Made by a program: the position numbers and the translations under genes. Shown piece by piece: positions 13,928-28,636 of a stretch of 64,000 bases of DNA; positions within the stretch are counted from its first letter, which is position 1, and each line of letters starts with the position of its first letter. Location of the stretch: positions 109,802,001 through 109,866,000 of the forward strand of contig OX597817.1 in the NCBI GenBank assembly GCA_951406725.2. The letters are read 5' to 3'. Origin of the DNA: Octopus vulgaris (lineage: Eukaryota). The notes under the pieces were generated by a model, which was given only the letters and a program-made list of their open reading frames with translations, did no database searches and was not told the origin of the DNA.

Positions 13928-14582
13928 AACAGAGACAGAGAGAGATGTAGGAAAGAAGAAGAATAAGAGAGGGTGAGTAAAATAGAAATATGAAGTACAG
14001 AATACAAATTTTCTATTATACACACAAATACACACACACACATATACTCGTAAACATGCATACACAAATGCGTACAAATCTGTATGTATGTTTGCTTATA
14101 TATGTGAGTCTGCACCTGTGTATTGGCACGAGTATGTGTGTAATATGATCTTAGGGCAAATGGGAAATAAAGAAACACGTGATGTTCTGAAGAGATGAAA
14201 TATTGCAAGAGTCTGCTTCCTCAACAATTTTTGGCGCCCCATCGTTAGTTTAATTAATTAATGAAACGTGAACGACAATAAAAGTGTTATCTCCGACAAT
14301 ATTCTCTTAAAGCACGGTAAATGATATCAAAGATTATTGTATTATGGAAGTTTGCTGTTGTTTAGCCTCTGATCAATATTCATTGGTCAGGCCTTTGAGC
14401 TAAGGCTTTTGCTCACGACCAACTCCTCGTTGTAGGAATATGAAGCACGTTATATAAGCGTAAGAGTGACATTTGGGGACGATTTAACTCTTACTTCCAG
14501 TAAATCTTACAGGTCTTTCTGTAGATGCATAAATGTATGCATGTAGGTATGTGCATATACACACACACGCGTGCGCGCGCGC

Positions 14583-14851
<269 letters not shown>

Positions 14852-15077
14852 CTGTGCACATATGTGATTGTATGCACGTATATATATTTGTGTGATGGGT
14901 TGTCAAATATATTGTATAAAGGTACCAGCAAACCACAATGTTTCTAAAGTACCCAATACAGTATGTAGAATAAAATCAAATAATTAATGAAATTAAGCAA
15001 ATTCAGTAATATTATTTCCCATGGCTTTCCACTTCCAAATTCTTCAAAAAAATATTTCTGGTAAAATTTCATTTAGA

Positions 15078-15333
15078 CACGAGCAAGACACTTTATTTCA
15101 CGTTGCTCCAGTTCACTCAGATGTAGAAAGGAGCTGCGATGTCACTAGGGCCAAGCTGTATTGGTGTTTGACTTTCCCTCGGATAACATCGGTCACGTGG
15201 AGAAGGGAACCTGTCATACGTGGGCGATTGCTGGTCTTTCATAAACAACCTTGCCCGGATATGTTCCTCGGAGAGTAACTTTCTTGGTGCAATCACATGG
15301 TCATTCATGACCAAAGGGTGTCTTTACCCTTAC
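15078..15333 (+). mobile_element. 5'-truncated SINE sharing its central domain with family D but carrying a different tail
   Basis: 'gagcaagacactttatttcacgttgctccagttcactcag' matches 45500-45540. Confidence 0.6.
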
Positions 15334-15726
15334 AGTATTATAATAGAACATGTATCAGCGTTGAAGGATGGTATGAGAAATAAAGGTATAGTGGTGATAA
15401 AACAGAGAGGTATTATACGGGAAATTGAATAAAAGCTGGAAAGTTTATTCTTTTGATCTCATACTTGTTTCAGTCCTTTAATCTGCGGGCACCACCTTGA
15501 AGAGTTTAGTCAATGAAATTGTCCCGGCAATTGTGTTTTAGAGATTGGTGCATTTCCTATCGAACATTTTTTTTTTTTTTTTGCTGCCTCTCAATATTTA
15601 AAAGCAACTGTCCAGCACACAGAAACAAACACAAAGACCTGCATACATATACACATATTTGCACCACGCGCGCACACATGCATATATATATACATACATA
15701 CATACATACATACATACATACATACA

Positions 15727-15761
<35 letters not shown>

Positions 15762-16062
15762 GCGAGAACATTTATAAACAAACTTAGAAGCGCCGATTGA
15801 GTCAGGATTCTACGGAAAATAAAGGAATTCTCGAACGCATCTCATCGAAAATAGCCAAGAAGCTTGAAACATCGATATCTGAGATTCCTAACAGATGTGG
15901 ACACTGAACGGACAGGGTGTTTTTACACCATCTTACCATAAAAGAGATTTTTTTTTCTCCACGGAAACTGCCTTTAGCAGTTGAAATATGTGACAAACAT
16001 GTTTCAACTTGCCTAATTCCGCTCATGCATAAACACTACTTAGCGCTAATAATTCGTTGTAT

Positions 16063-16129
<67 letters not shown>

Positions 16130-16318
16130 TGTGCGCGTGTGTGTGTGCGCGTATGTGTGTGTATTAATTGTGTAACCATCATCGTTGGATTTATTGTCAC
16201 CGTATACTTCTACCCTTACGATTCTTTATTATATTTGTTTTAAAAGGATATCCGTTGACCTGAAAAGATTTATGATACACCCGAAATTTCTTTGCATTTT
16301 CATATTTCATGAGTGGAA

Positions 16319-16508
16319 AGCAACTAGCTGGCAGAATCGTAAGCACGGCGGGCTAACGTTCTGAGTTCAAATTCCGCCAAGGATGATTTTTGCCTTTCAT
16401 CTTCTCAGGGTTGATAAAAGAAACACCAGTTGAACACTGGGATCGACGTAATCGAATTACCTCCTCCCCCGAAATTGCTGGCCTTGTGCCAAAATTTGAA
16501 AGCAATAT
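16319..16508 (+). mobile_element. SINE family A copy with an internal deletion
   Basis: gctggcagaatcg...gagttcaaattccgcc...gcctttcatc...gccttgtgccaaaatttgaa. Confidence 0.85.
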
Positions 16509-18309
16509 TTTGCGTGTGGAAGAATTTCACTGAATTACTGTGAAAAGTCACGAATATCGCAACATCCTACAAAAATTAATAATTTCTTTTTCTTTTTGAT
16601 ATATCCCAGAAAGCAGCCTGTAATGTTAAAACAATAATATTTTTGACTTTCTTGTTGCTTGAAAAAACATTGACATGAAAACATAAGAAAAGATATTACT
16701 CGGAACATAGCACTATGACACTCCACTTCACTAAAGAAGCCTACGGCTTTCAATATTTACATTACTTAATTTATTGACTCCTGAGTAATTTTTAAGTTGC
16801 AAACGAAAGTTATTGTTAAACAGAATACTGTTAAGCGCCATGCTGAGTTCTCAACAGATTTTAAGAAATTCATTAAAATTTCTAATTTCCGCTTACAAAC
16901 AACATTAAAATAGTCACAAATTTCTTTTAACACACATGAGAAAATTTCGATACACAGTTGCTGCTTACAGCTGGAGAAAATTCAAAAAACGTTAATTTAA
17001 CAAAAAATATTTAACTACTATGACGTCACTGTTGGTATTATACAAAGAAATTTTAGAATATAGAAAACTGAATGCTATCCGGCAAACAAAGGACTCATCT
17101 AGACGGCCTCTTAACTTGCTAGAAATAGCTGTCATGCCCCATGATTCTAACATATAGGAAACACGGGATGGTCACGACAGGAATATTCGATCAACTCTTA
17201 CAGACACAAGCAACTGACTGCTATAAAGTATAAGAATTTTATAATCTCGAGGTGCTTAAATTTTTTAAACATTTAGGATGTAAAAAGAAAGCATCCATTT
17301 TCTATAAAAGAAATTGTTTTTCGGAATTTTGTTTCCATCATGAAAACATTTCAATCAATTAACATTTCTCTTTTGGTTTGTTTTTGTCTTCCAGTTTTTA
17401 GATTGCTTTTCTTTCTTACGTGTTTTCTGCACTTAATAGTTTGCATTTGATCGATACATGCCAGCCTCATCAAGAATTGGTCCTTTACTTTCATCTCAAC
17501 TATCATCTCTTTTATTACTTCATATCACTAACTTTCCACCCTATACCTACCCAACCAACATCACTTTCTCCTTTTTCGATCTGTATTTTGTTTAGTAATT
17601 ATTTCTGTTTTATATTGTTTTGTTTTTTTTCTTCATTTCCTCCCAGCAGTTGTTTGTTACTCTTCATTACTTCTTTCATACTTTTCCGTACATTTTGATA
17701 CTTCTCTGTACAGTTTTTTCTTGCTACCTCTCCTTATCCACTGCCTTCAGAAATTAATTCTTACTCTTCATATGCTACTACTATAGATTGATACACACAC
17801 TACTTCTCTCTTTTGCGATTTTTTTCTAGTCTTTTCCATTGTCTTCTAACGTTTCTTGTTTTTCTTTTAACAAATTCCATTCCACGATGTTCACCTCTTT
17901 GCCTTTTCTTTTTCTTTATATTCTTCATTCTCACACGCTTTGGCATTCGTCACACTTTCTTCCTCATTAATTCTTTTCCTCTCTGTGCCTTTCTTTCGCA
18001 TTTTCTGCCTCTTTCCCCGTTCTCTTTTTCATTCTCTTTTTTTCTTTGTGTTTGTGCGTGTGTGTGTATTTATATACATATATACAAACACACACACGCA
18101 TATACACATATAAAAGTTGATGTGTGCATTTCCATGTTGCACTACTCTGTACCTAGGTAGCTGAAATTTTCCATAGGTGCGCATCTGTTCAAGTAAAAGA
18201 TCACAGACTATGAAACCTTCCCTGAAATTTGTTCGTTTTAGTGCCTCACAGATGTTATTAGCTCCCAACACAAGTATTGCAGCAAATACTGGAAAAATTA
18301 TATATTTTT

Positions 18310-18798
18310 ACCTTTTATTTGTCTCAGTCGTTGGACAGCGATTATGCTGAGGCACCATCTAAAGAATGGTTTAGTCGAACAAAACGTCCCCAGTATTTTT
18401 TTTAAGTCTGGTAGTTTGGTAATCGGCTTCTTTTGCTAAGCCGCTAAGTTATATGGGCAATTAGAAAAAAACCACATTGGTTGTCAAGCTGTGATGGAAG
18501 GCAAATACAACCACACACACACACACACACACACATAAATACATTCATACATATAAACATACGTGCGTGTGTGTGTGTCTGTGTGTGTGTGTGTGTGTGC
18601 GTGTGTGTTTGTCTATGTGTGTTTGTGTGTGTGTATGTGTGTGTGTGTGTGTGTGTCTAAAATTATATTGTACAGGCTCCATCAACCATATTCCCTCAAG
18701 AGGCTTTACTGAAACTGGGGATATAATAGAAGAAACGTGCAGCAGGTGTCACGCAGTCAGACTGAACCCGAAACCACGTGATAGCAAAACGAGATTCT
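18310..18798 (-). mobile_element. SINE family B, diverged copy with internal (CA)/(TG) arrays
   Basis: Reverse complement aligns with the head and tail of 60362-60833. Confidence 0.7.
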
Positions 18799-19032
18799 TA
18801 ACCATAAAGCTATGCCTCATCTATAATTATGTAATTACTATTTCTATAGTAATTATATAAATTACTTCAATTTTCAAAAATGCATTTTTATCTCCGATAT
18901 AAAAATAGTATAGGAATCAAGGTTTATTTTCGGTTCTGTAAGCGTTTATTTTGAGCATTTTATAAATCTCAAATTAAACAATTCTAAATTGCTTGAAGTG
19001 AATCAACCTACCTATGAAGTTACAGAAAATAT

Positions 19033-19143
<111 letters not shown>

Positions 19144-19289
19144 GTGTGAGGACGCGCGCGTAAGTATATATATATATGAGGGCGCGCGCGTAAGTATATA
19201 TATATAAAATAAATATTAGGGCATAAACCCAAATTTACAGGGAAAAATCAGATTTAGGATCGAATCCAATTTTATAGTAAAATATTAAT

Positions 19290-19564
19290 TATATTATATA
19301 AAATTAGAGACAAAACCACTATTATGCAAATCAAACAAAGAAAGACTTAAGCCAATACATAAATTAATTTATATAAATTTAGAAATTTAACAATTATAAA
19401 TAACCACTACGATCGTTTCGTGTCTTATTTCAGCACATCTTTGAGACATTCTTCATGTGGTTTCAAAACCTTCTTGGCGAGTTTTAAACTATATAAATTA
19501 ATTTATGTATTGGCTTAAGTCTTTCTTTGTTTGATTTGCATAATAGTGGTTCTGTCTCTAATTT

Positions 19565-19573
<9 letters not shown>
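19290..19573. repeat. Inverted repeat (~84-bp arms, near-identical) enclosing a hammerhead motif
   Basis: 19290-19374 is the reverse complement of 19490-19573, with about one mismatch. Confidence 0.9.
19402..19462 (-). ncRNA. Minimal type I hammerhead ribozyme motif of the Penelope type, with two substitutions
   Basis: Minus strand: AACCAC-AUGAAGA-AUGUCU..AGACAC-GAAA-CGAUCG-UA-GUGGUU. It has a 6-bp stem I, a palindromic stem III and a GUA site. C3 is replaced by A, and the stem-II closing pair is A-C. Confidence 0.75.
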
Positions 19574-19595
<22 letters not shown>

Positions 19596-19609
19596 GTAAA
19601 AAAAATTGT

Positions 19610-19855
19610 AGAGTTCTTTCCCAAGTCATATTGGCTCATAGGCCCGGTTTCCCCGGTTTCTATGGCGTATATATTCCCTATATTCCCCACCTGGACGGGA
19701 CGCCGGGACATCGCAGAATTACTTTTTTTGCCATTGGGTCAACGTGAAATGAAGAGCTTTGCTGAAGAACACAATGCATCGCTGGGTCCTAGAATCGAAA
19801 CCACAAACTTAAGATCATGAGTCCAACACTCTAACCACTAAGCCACTCGCCTCCA
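19610..19855 (-). mobile_element. tRNA-derived SINE with a V-domain-like centre
   Basis: Minus strand: A box tggcttagtgg, B-box-like ggtttcgattct, then ctgcgatgtcccggcgtcccgtccagg...agaaaccgggg, resembling V-SINEs. Confidence 0.75.
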
Positions 19856-19872
19856 CTATATATACATACGTT

Positions 19873-20175
<303 letters not shown>

Positions 20176-20779
20176 AATCGACCATACTACACGTGTTTCG
20201 GTTTAAGGATCTTGCCAGGCGTGACACTCTTGACAAGTTCCGTCAGTCAAAACATCTGTGATGTGATCGATTGAAGAAATATAAGTAAAAATCCTGCAGT
20301 CGCTTTATGTATAGAATACAATCTCGAAACGTCTATGCTTGGTTTTGTTTCCATTAACAAAAGAACATTTATGTCTGTGTGTACACATGTGTGTGTGTGT
20401 CTGTGTGCGTTCGTGCGAGCATACGTGAAAGTGTGTGTGGATATATATATATATATAACTTTCGTCCTCTCCCCACCAATGAATTCCCGTCTATTTCTTT
20501 TCATTAGCCCGCTTTAAGTTTTATCATTATATATCGTCTCTCACACACTACACTCAATCCTCACACCCTATTACTGCATCACTTCTTCCTTCCCTTGCCC
20601 GACTTCCTCTTACGTCGTTCCTTCCTCAGATGAAATTATCATTATTCTATTAATAGACAGTAGTATGTATTAGCGACGTCTCCGCAGATACTCTTCTCAA
20701 AATGATTATCGACATAACTCTGTAAAAATGTTATCGTCTTTCTATACTTAATGGAGAATATTTCTGTTACTTTAATAGT

Positions 20780-21150
20780 ATTTGATTTGATTGAGCATCC
20801 GACTCTATAGCCTCCTGGATATTTTAGACGAGGATCGATATCACCAGATCAGGTATACAACTGAAAGGCACAAGACTTTGCCAAAACAGTTAACAGTAAA
20901 TTTTTTTAAACCTTAAAGCAGAAACTGGAAAAGCTGAAGCTTTTAAGTATTTTAATAAACAAACATCTATGACACGATTCTTTAAGGACGCAATCGATTT
21001 CTGATATAAGTTTTAGTTTTAAAGATAACAACAGCAGATGTCGATAGCAACAAATAATGTCTTCTTGAGAAATATAACCAATGTATGGAACAATTGACCG
21101 AAGGAAAAAGCTATACCTCCCTAAATTACTCGACAAATAGATAGGAAATA
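20780..21150 (+). mobile_element. Possible highly decayed CR1/L2-type LINE 3' fragment
   Basis: 'NNVFLRNITNVWNN*PKE' resembles the FFS.RV...WN.LP C-terminal motif of CR1-group ORF2. Confidence 0.35.
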
Positions 21151-22189
21151 TATTTATCCTTTTTTCTGCTTTTCTTTAGCTTAAACGACCACTGAGAGAA
21201 CTTTTGTGGGATCACATGACCTGCTGAAATAGTATAATACTCGTCTCCCTCATTCCCCAACTTAATTCATTTAAAAGAAAATGTCACATTGTTTTTATCG
21301 GTAGGGACGAACAGTGCCGTGATATATTTTCCATCGAAGCTTCCTAGACTCGTGTCACGAAGAGAGAAAGTTTTTTCTCAAAATAAATACTTAATCTGAT
21401 CTTAGCAAGAAAATGGATCCCGCTAAAAAAACATCCAAGAAATTGGTGGTGATGTTACAGCAAATGCTTTGTAAAGTACACTTAGTCCGACATTCAAACA
21501 ATATCGCCAATCCTGAGCTGATAGTTTATTTCATCGGTCCCTAAAGGATGTGAAGCAAATATACGGGATTTGAACCTAGAGAGACAGCACAAATACCGCA
21601 AGAGATGTTGTCCCACAATTTAATGATCCTACCTCAAAATAAAGTGTTAGATACTCTACACCTGAGAAAAATGGAGTGATCACGGTCGGAGTGCCTTGGA
21701 TAATCCCCTTGCTCGCTTTACCTAGGGCTAAACAATAACTAAAGCAGAAAATGGCAGTAATAACTTCACAATCAGACAGTATAAATACTGGAAAATTTAT
21801 TTTTATACTATTTTCGTCTGCTTCTAAAAATAAGTTGGAAAACGTTCACTTCAGAAGAGTGATATCAACTTTTCTCATTGTTTTGCATAAGACCAAAATC
21901 TTATAAGTAGATGATATATTTAATTGAATTGACCTGAATATATTTGGACTTTTACATAGTTGCTGGACTTGTTAGAATTAACATCCAAATCTTTTTCAAA
22001 TTACACCCTAATGTCTTCCAAGAAAAATGGAAGTGTATGTAGGATAAGGAAGTCTTTCATGTTTGAAAGACAAGCTTTGATGATGTACGTAGAAGCTCAC
22101 TCAGCGTCGATGGCACCTCTAACAGTCATGCTTAACTCCATATTTATAACAGTTGCTTTTGTAAAATGATTTGGTACTTATATCTAGCT

Positions 22190-22246
22190 TTTAATTGCTT
22201 TGTGACTTTTCAGATTTAAAATCTGAAAAGTCACAAAGCAATTAAA
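22190..22246. repeat. Perfect 28-bp inverted repeat with a 1-nt spacer
   Basis: tttaattgctttgtgacttttcagattt-a-aaatctgaaaagtcacaaagcaattaaa. Confidence 0.95.
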
Positions 22247-22769
22247 TAAACCCCTAAATCACAACAGTCTATTTCTATTCACAATTAAATTTGTGAACTT
22301 ATTTTCAAAGATAATTTATCTTTAATTTTGGTTATAGTTAAATTCCTGCTGTGTTAAGTTTGAGTTGGTTTCAAGTAATTATCAGTTGTTTCATATCGCA
22401 ATAACTATAGAAATTATAGAGAAAACTTGGCGAAAAGGTAAATCATAGGGACTGTGAATTCATATGCATTGTGATTTGCCGTTTCTCTGAACAGAATGTT
22501 ATATGTTGGCCATCGTCGTCGTCGCTGAATAACACAAAGGACACATGGGGTGTTTCCAGCACCATATGCTGTGAGAAGAATCCAAATGCTCCGTGTTTCC
22601 AGGCGAATAACTCTGTAACTGTGCGTGTAGATTGATGACACACTTACTACGTCGCAGACCGTTTTGTTAGATTGTTGTCAGCAAAAGAACGATGGCCCAC
22701 AGTTTTGGTAAACAGCTTTGCGTGTTCCACAAAAACCTGGGCGTTAAAGTTTTACATGAGTTGTATATA

Positions 22770-22980
22770 TGTGTGTGTTTCGTATTCCTTCCCTCCACTG
22801 TTTGACAATCAGTGTTGATTTTTAGATGTCCCCGTATCCTAACGGTTCGGCAGAGAACCCGATAGAATAAGTATCAGAATTACAAATATAAGTATTGAAG
22901 TCATTTTATTAGACTAAACATATCAAGGCGGGACCCCAGCATGGCCGTAGTCAAGTAACTGATGCAAGTAAAAGAAAAAA
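22770..22980 (+). mobile_element. SINE family B, 3' half
   Basis: 'tgtccccgta..aacggttcggca..gatagaataagta...ggcgggaccccagcatggccgtagtc' matches 60630-60830. Confidence 0.8.
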
Positions 22981-23598
22981 GAAAATGTAATTTATGTTTT
23001 GCGACAACGTATCTAATTTTCCATACAGCACTGTAAAATTATTTCCCAGTATATTTGTATGTTTTGGTTAAACTTAACTTGGACATTATGCTTAGCAGTA
23101 GTTCTTTTTCTTTTCACTTTTTCAATTATATAACCTTTAGCTCTGCTCAAAACATTTGTGACCATGTGAGCGAAGGTGTAGAACATTTTTGTCATTTTTG
23201 TAGATATTATCTAAATCACACTAAAAAAAATATTTTCTTTCCAGTGAAAAATTCTGTTCTTAATAGCCTTAATAAATTTTCTTTCTGACATAAATAAAAT
23301 AAAACAGAAACTTATCTCCCACCGTCATTTCTCTTTGTTCTATATAGAATACACTGAAAAATAAACAGTCTTGTTTCCACAGAAATATCTACGAATCGGT
23401 AGAGTAATTGGTGTAAAAGAATCAAATTAATTGGTTCCTTATATTTTGCTAGCTATGTGATGGAGGGTAAATACCACCCGGGAGTATTTTGCAAATACAA
23501 TACGATCTCACAAATATCGAGAGTTGAAAAACTTCGTTCAATGTAGATAATACAAACAATTTAGTAGAAAAAAATTCGCACTAAATTTGCTTAAAATC

Positions 23599-23652
<54 letters not shown>

Positions 23653-23680
23653 GATCATCATTATGCTTATTATTATTATT
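23599..23680 (+). repeat. (ATT)n microsatellite
   Basis: Direct reading. Confidence 0.95.
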
Positions 23681-26149
23681 TGGTTCATATTCTGCCTATC
23701 ATGAGGTTGACGTCCTGCATCGTACTAGACTAGATATTGGATTCAAACATGAAACCAAGAACTATGCCCAACCTTTGGTTATGTGTCGTACTACGCAGTG
23801 ACTTTTTTCGTTATATATATATATTATACTATTATATATAGAGATTGTTAACATTACCAATACTCAGAAACAGGCTAGAATCGAAGTGCTTAAATTGAGT
23901 TAAGTTCCAATTTATAATTTGAATGGAAGCAGTACGAACGGAAAACTAGAGGAACATGACTTATAATCCAATAGAATTTTCAGTATATATGTGTGCTTTC
24001 TTCGATATTAATAAATCAATATAAAGTTCGAAATAATATATATTGGTCACTTTACCATTGCCAACTGAGCAAAATATTTTTCGCTGAAGAAATATATCCA
24101 TTACTTTTCATCAGTTGGGTTAATTGATCTATTTCACTTGCTTGTTGTTTTGCATTACAAAATGTCTCTTTAGTACTTGTGGCTTGTGTAAACCCATGAC
24201 GAGTTAAGTACATTCTATCATAAATGGTATTGTCGTTTTCAATTAGTATCACTCTATTAAAGATGTTACATGGTATATTAATATTTACATCAAGCTGAAG
24301 CCTCATCTTTACGTTTTAGCACTGCGTTTCGAGTATTGATAAATGACATATTTAATAACTTTTTACACGGAATATATTTCATTTATCTTAATTTTTATTA
24401 CGCTGTGATAAGTTTCCAGTTTAACATATATAATTACTTTACACTGTGTTTCTTCAGCCTTAATTTTACGTATCTCAGTTCAAGCTATGTCAACTACTGT
24501 GTCACATAAATTTAACACTATTTCTTTCTTATGAACTAGAAGTGATTAAAAGTAAACCTTTATCACAAGCTTCCAGAAATACTAAGTCTAAGCAATATTG
24601 GATTTAACAAACCTCTGACTTAGCAGGATTATTTTATTCTAATATACATTGATTCTGGCTCTTACTTATGTCTTGGTACCTGGATGAGTAGTAAGCTTTA
24701 AACTACTGAAAGAATAATATATTGAAAAATGATTACAATAGAGATAGCAGATTTACTATTAACAGTAGAAGTAGCAGTAACGAGTCACTATTTTTCTTGG
24801 GAATACATAGGCAAATACAAGCATATTTTTCAAGACAAACTAGTTCATTACAGTAAGTTTATATCTGGATATCTCCAGCCTATGAAACAAACTTTATTCG
24901 GTAGAATTGTGTATTTCAGACAATGCATTATTTGTTTGATAGAAATAGATAGTTCAAACAATGCATTTATCTGAAAAGAGAAGTTGCTACTCATATTTTC
25001 AGTCAAAGGATAAACTCTTAATTGAACTACTTAAGGAAGAAGGTTTTTCTTTCATGATACTTAAAGATGGCTAATTTATTAATAATGGACTACATATAAT
25101 GCTGATCTGGTTACATTTTAAGTGTGTTTTACCTGCCGAGCTAATGAAGCTTAAAATCATATTTTCCGTATATCGAACAAAATATGAAAGGTTAGCTATC
25201 GATTCTGACAGTAAGTGACATGTTTGCTGAAAGTCTCGATCATTAATGATTTCGGAAGCATTAATACCCATATTTTCCTTTCTCTCTAATTCTCATGTCA
25301 TTCTAGAGCCCTCGTCTCGGTAATTAACCCAAATACATTTTACTTTAAATATGATTATTAATCTTCAACGTAAAACAGTGGAGGAACTTTCACTAGCAGA
25401 AATCCATTTTAAATATTGACATTTTAACGTTTTCTCTTTTCTTTCCTAAATCTTGATCTTTTAAAACTTCAATTTGCAGCAATCGATTTTTTTCTGATGG
25501 AATTAAAAGCAATAGGAAAAGAAAGAGTTGTCTTTTTATTTTTGTTACTCGTTTTGTTTGGTATTCTCTTTTTCAGTTTTTGCAGAAGGAAATGAATACA
25601 AAATGGACTTAAGTATGTTTTCTAGAACTTTAGCTTAGAGCCTATGTGGGGTCATGTCCGAAATTCGAAATAATAGTTTGTTATTCTTTGCTTCAAGACT
25701 TAAGCGGAAGTCATAAATTTTCAAAAGAAGCCAAATAGCACGGTTATGTAATTTGAAGGGAAATTGTTTTGTCATTCAAATTCTACTCTATTGCGTACAA
25801 TGTAACAGGATACACAAGGATTTATTGACGATGTATAGTGATGTTTGCGTGTGTAAGTGTATGCCTGACGTCTAGATATACATGCATGTAGGTATGTATG
25901 AATTATGTATGTATGCATGTATGTATGCATGTATGTATGTACATATATGTACATGTATATGTATTATCTTTATGGAGGTATAAATGTGTGTGATGTATGT
26001 GTATATGCATGTATATATGTATGTATGTAAGTATGTAAGTATAAAGTAGGTAGGAAGGGGGGAACCGCTTTATGTGTAAATATATATGAGGTTACATAAA
26101 CACAAACATACATATATGTACACTTCATGCGTACAAACTAAGCAAGATT

Positions 26150-26551
26150 ACTCGAGGAATGATTCCATCAAGACATCAATAAAATGCAAGCTTAACAAGC
26201 AAGATATAATTATCTTGGACAGAAAATAAAATCATTGCTCATAGTTGCCCAGCAGATGACAACATAATGGTAAAAGTTAGAAGAAAATACATCTATGCCT
26301 TGCGATTATGGAATCTATTGTTACATCTTGGCTATAGATTTAGATTTCTAGCAACTGTTATTGGAGCACATGGAGCTGTTAACAAATACTTCAGTAGAAA
26401 CCTTGAAAATGTTTGGGTTTCTAATTTTATGGGTAACTACAAATGCTTTTTGTCTTTACCCTCATTGCGAGAGTTCCTGCGTAAGATAGAGACTGCGATC
26501 ACATTTGCTAAGTTTACTTACTCTAAGATTTTAAAGTATTTATGTTTCTGA
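26150..26551 (+). mobile_element. Decayed RLE domain of an R4/Dong-like LINE
   Basis: Frameshifted 'IKTSIKCKLNKQDIIILDRK...SCPADDNIMVKV...LWNLLLHLGYRFRFLATVIGAHGAV' resembles NRPDI...SCP...IIGALG, and is similar to 1856-2071. Confidence 0.7.
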
Positions 26552-26589
26552 AAACGATATTTTTAGTTCTACCCGTTCACTATCTGGTC

Positions 26590-28060
26590 GATTTGTGCCC
26601 ACAACAATTGAACACATACATCTTGTCATAATAAATATGATATACCTTTTAATATGCGATGATTAGCAAGAGCTAAGTAATGATGCATCTGTGTCCTGGC
26701 AATAGAGGGCAGTAGTAAGAGTCTCATTTTCCTTAATTACCAAAATATTCTAAAGAGGAGGTTCCTTTTCATTTATTTTCGTAGCAAACTCCATCGATTC
26801 ACGAAAGCTATTTATTAATTTAAGGAATCTTGTAAAGGCTTCCTTAATTTTATACCAAGACATGAAACAGTAATCCAGGTATTTTTCCAGTTCTCTTTTA
26901 AACAGGATTAATCCCATAACAGGCATATATATTTTCGTCAAGAAATCCTGTTACAAGTGTTGCAAACGTGAATGCAACATTTGTACCCATTGCCACCCCT
27001 TTTATTTTAAGGAAATATTAGTTAGCAAAGACGTTATTTTCTAGCACCAGTCGTTATCCTTCTTATATAAATTCTTTAGACAATCTCTTTTGAATTGTGT
27101 GTATTAGTGGAATTTTATTACTTCAGTTCCTAATCTATGGCGAGTATTTGTATAGAGGCTAATCATCTCGAAGCTAACCATGAGTGTCTCTATATTCACT
27201 CTTTTTGGAATATCTCTGATGAAACTAGAAGCAAATTTGCATAATGGTATGTCAATTAAATGTCAATTAAATTGCTTACTCATTCCATTCCTAATATTGG
27301 TCTTATAACAATTGGGCGTAACTTTAAATCAAACAGTTTGGGCATCTTCACGTGGCGTATGGAGATTCTTTAAGCAGTTATGGATTTCTTTGAATGCCTG
27401 AATTTTTTTGTAATCCATAAAAGCTACTTGATTTAACTGAAACTTGATAAGGTAATCGAACTTCATTTCTACCCGGAAATTTATTACTTTTGGATCAGTT
27501 GGTTCAGTATTTCCTTGAATATTAAGTATCATGAGTTTTCATTACATTTTCTCTGGAACAACTGTTTCATTAAAGATGCTTTGTTTTGTGAGTCGTTTGT
27601 ACCCAGTCTTTCTATTTTATTTTTTAGGGTTTCCGGTTGTTTATGTATCTAGTACTATTTTTTACGCCGTCTTCGTTGCGTTCATTTTCAATAAATTTAT
27701 GCTGTTTCTTCGGTTGGACGATCTGTTTTTGGTTTCATCTTTCATTGTTATTGCTTGAAGTGTTTTATGATAGTTAAATTTGCTTTGGCATAAATTATTG
27801 AATTTCGGTTCAAATTTTGGTTATCTCTGCATATGAGGAGTTGTGAGGTGTTGTTCATTTTCCATTAATCTTTTCTATCTAACTTGCAGATTATTGCGGA
27901 ATGATTTAAGTTTCTTCTCTTGTTGTTAAATTCTGTATTTTTCAGGTTTTTATATGTTCTATTTCTTAGTTTTCACTAATTCGGTTCAATATTTTATTTG
28001 ATTTTTTCTGATCTTTATATACGTTTTCAGGTGGCTTTCTATACATTCATTCAGAATGGT
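26590..28060 (-). mobile_element. Decayed Penelope-like retroelement reverse transcriptase (pseudogene)
   Basis: Ordered motifs on the minus strand, with stops and frameshifts: KSSSFYGLQK (FYGLPK), DLKLRPIV, LMVSFEMISLYTNTRH (SFDV.SLYTNIP), LVLENNVF, KGVAMGTNVAFTFATL (G.AMGT..AP.YA.L) and YLDYCF (Y.DD). The 5' boundary is approximate. Confidence 0.85.
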
Positions 28061-28163
28061 CGAATCGCATTTTCAAATAGCTAGATAGACAGATAAATAA
28101 ATAAAAATAAATAGATAAATAGATAAATACATACATACATACATACATACATACATACATACA

Positions 28164-28194
<31 letters not shown>

Positions 28195-28430
28195 GACAAC
28201 ATATTGCTAACAGTAACTTCGGCTAGTTAACCCAACATTCGATGACGGCTTAGCGGGGCAACGATGGCTCAACTAGCTGAAAATTCGATGTCGCTTTCAA
28301 CAATATTCTTGTTTAAGAAAACGCAGATACTCGACAAAACTGTAGAGTAACCTCTTCAGATTAATTTCAAATTGTTTTTATTACAACTAAGCATACAAAA
28401 TAAACTTTCGTATATTTAGGTATGTACGTG

Positions 28431-28471
<41 letters not shown>

Positions 28472-28472
<1 letters not shown>

Positions 28473-28636
28473 CGTGGGCATGTGGTGAGAAGCTTGCTTC
28501 CCAACCACATGGTTCCAGGTTTAGTCCCACTATGTTGCATCTTAGGCAAAAGTCTTCTACTATAGCCTCGAATTGGCCAAAGCCTTGGGGGTGGATTTGG
28601 TAGTCGGAAACTGAAAGAACCCGTCGTCTATCGTGT
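28472..28636 (+). mobile_element. SINE family B, 5' half
   Basis: Matches 60365-60525 and runs into (TACA)n. Confidence 0.85.
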
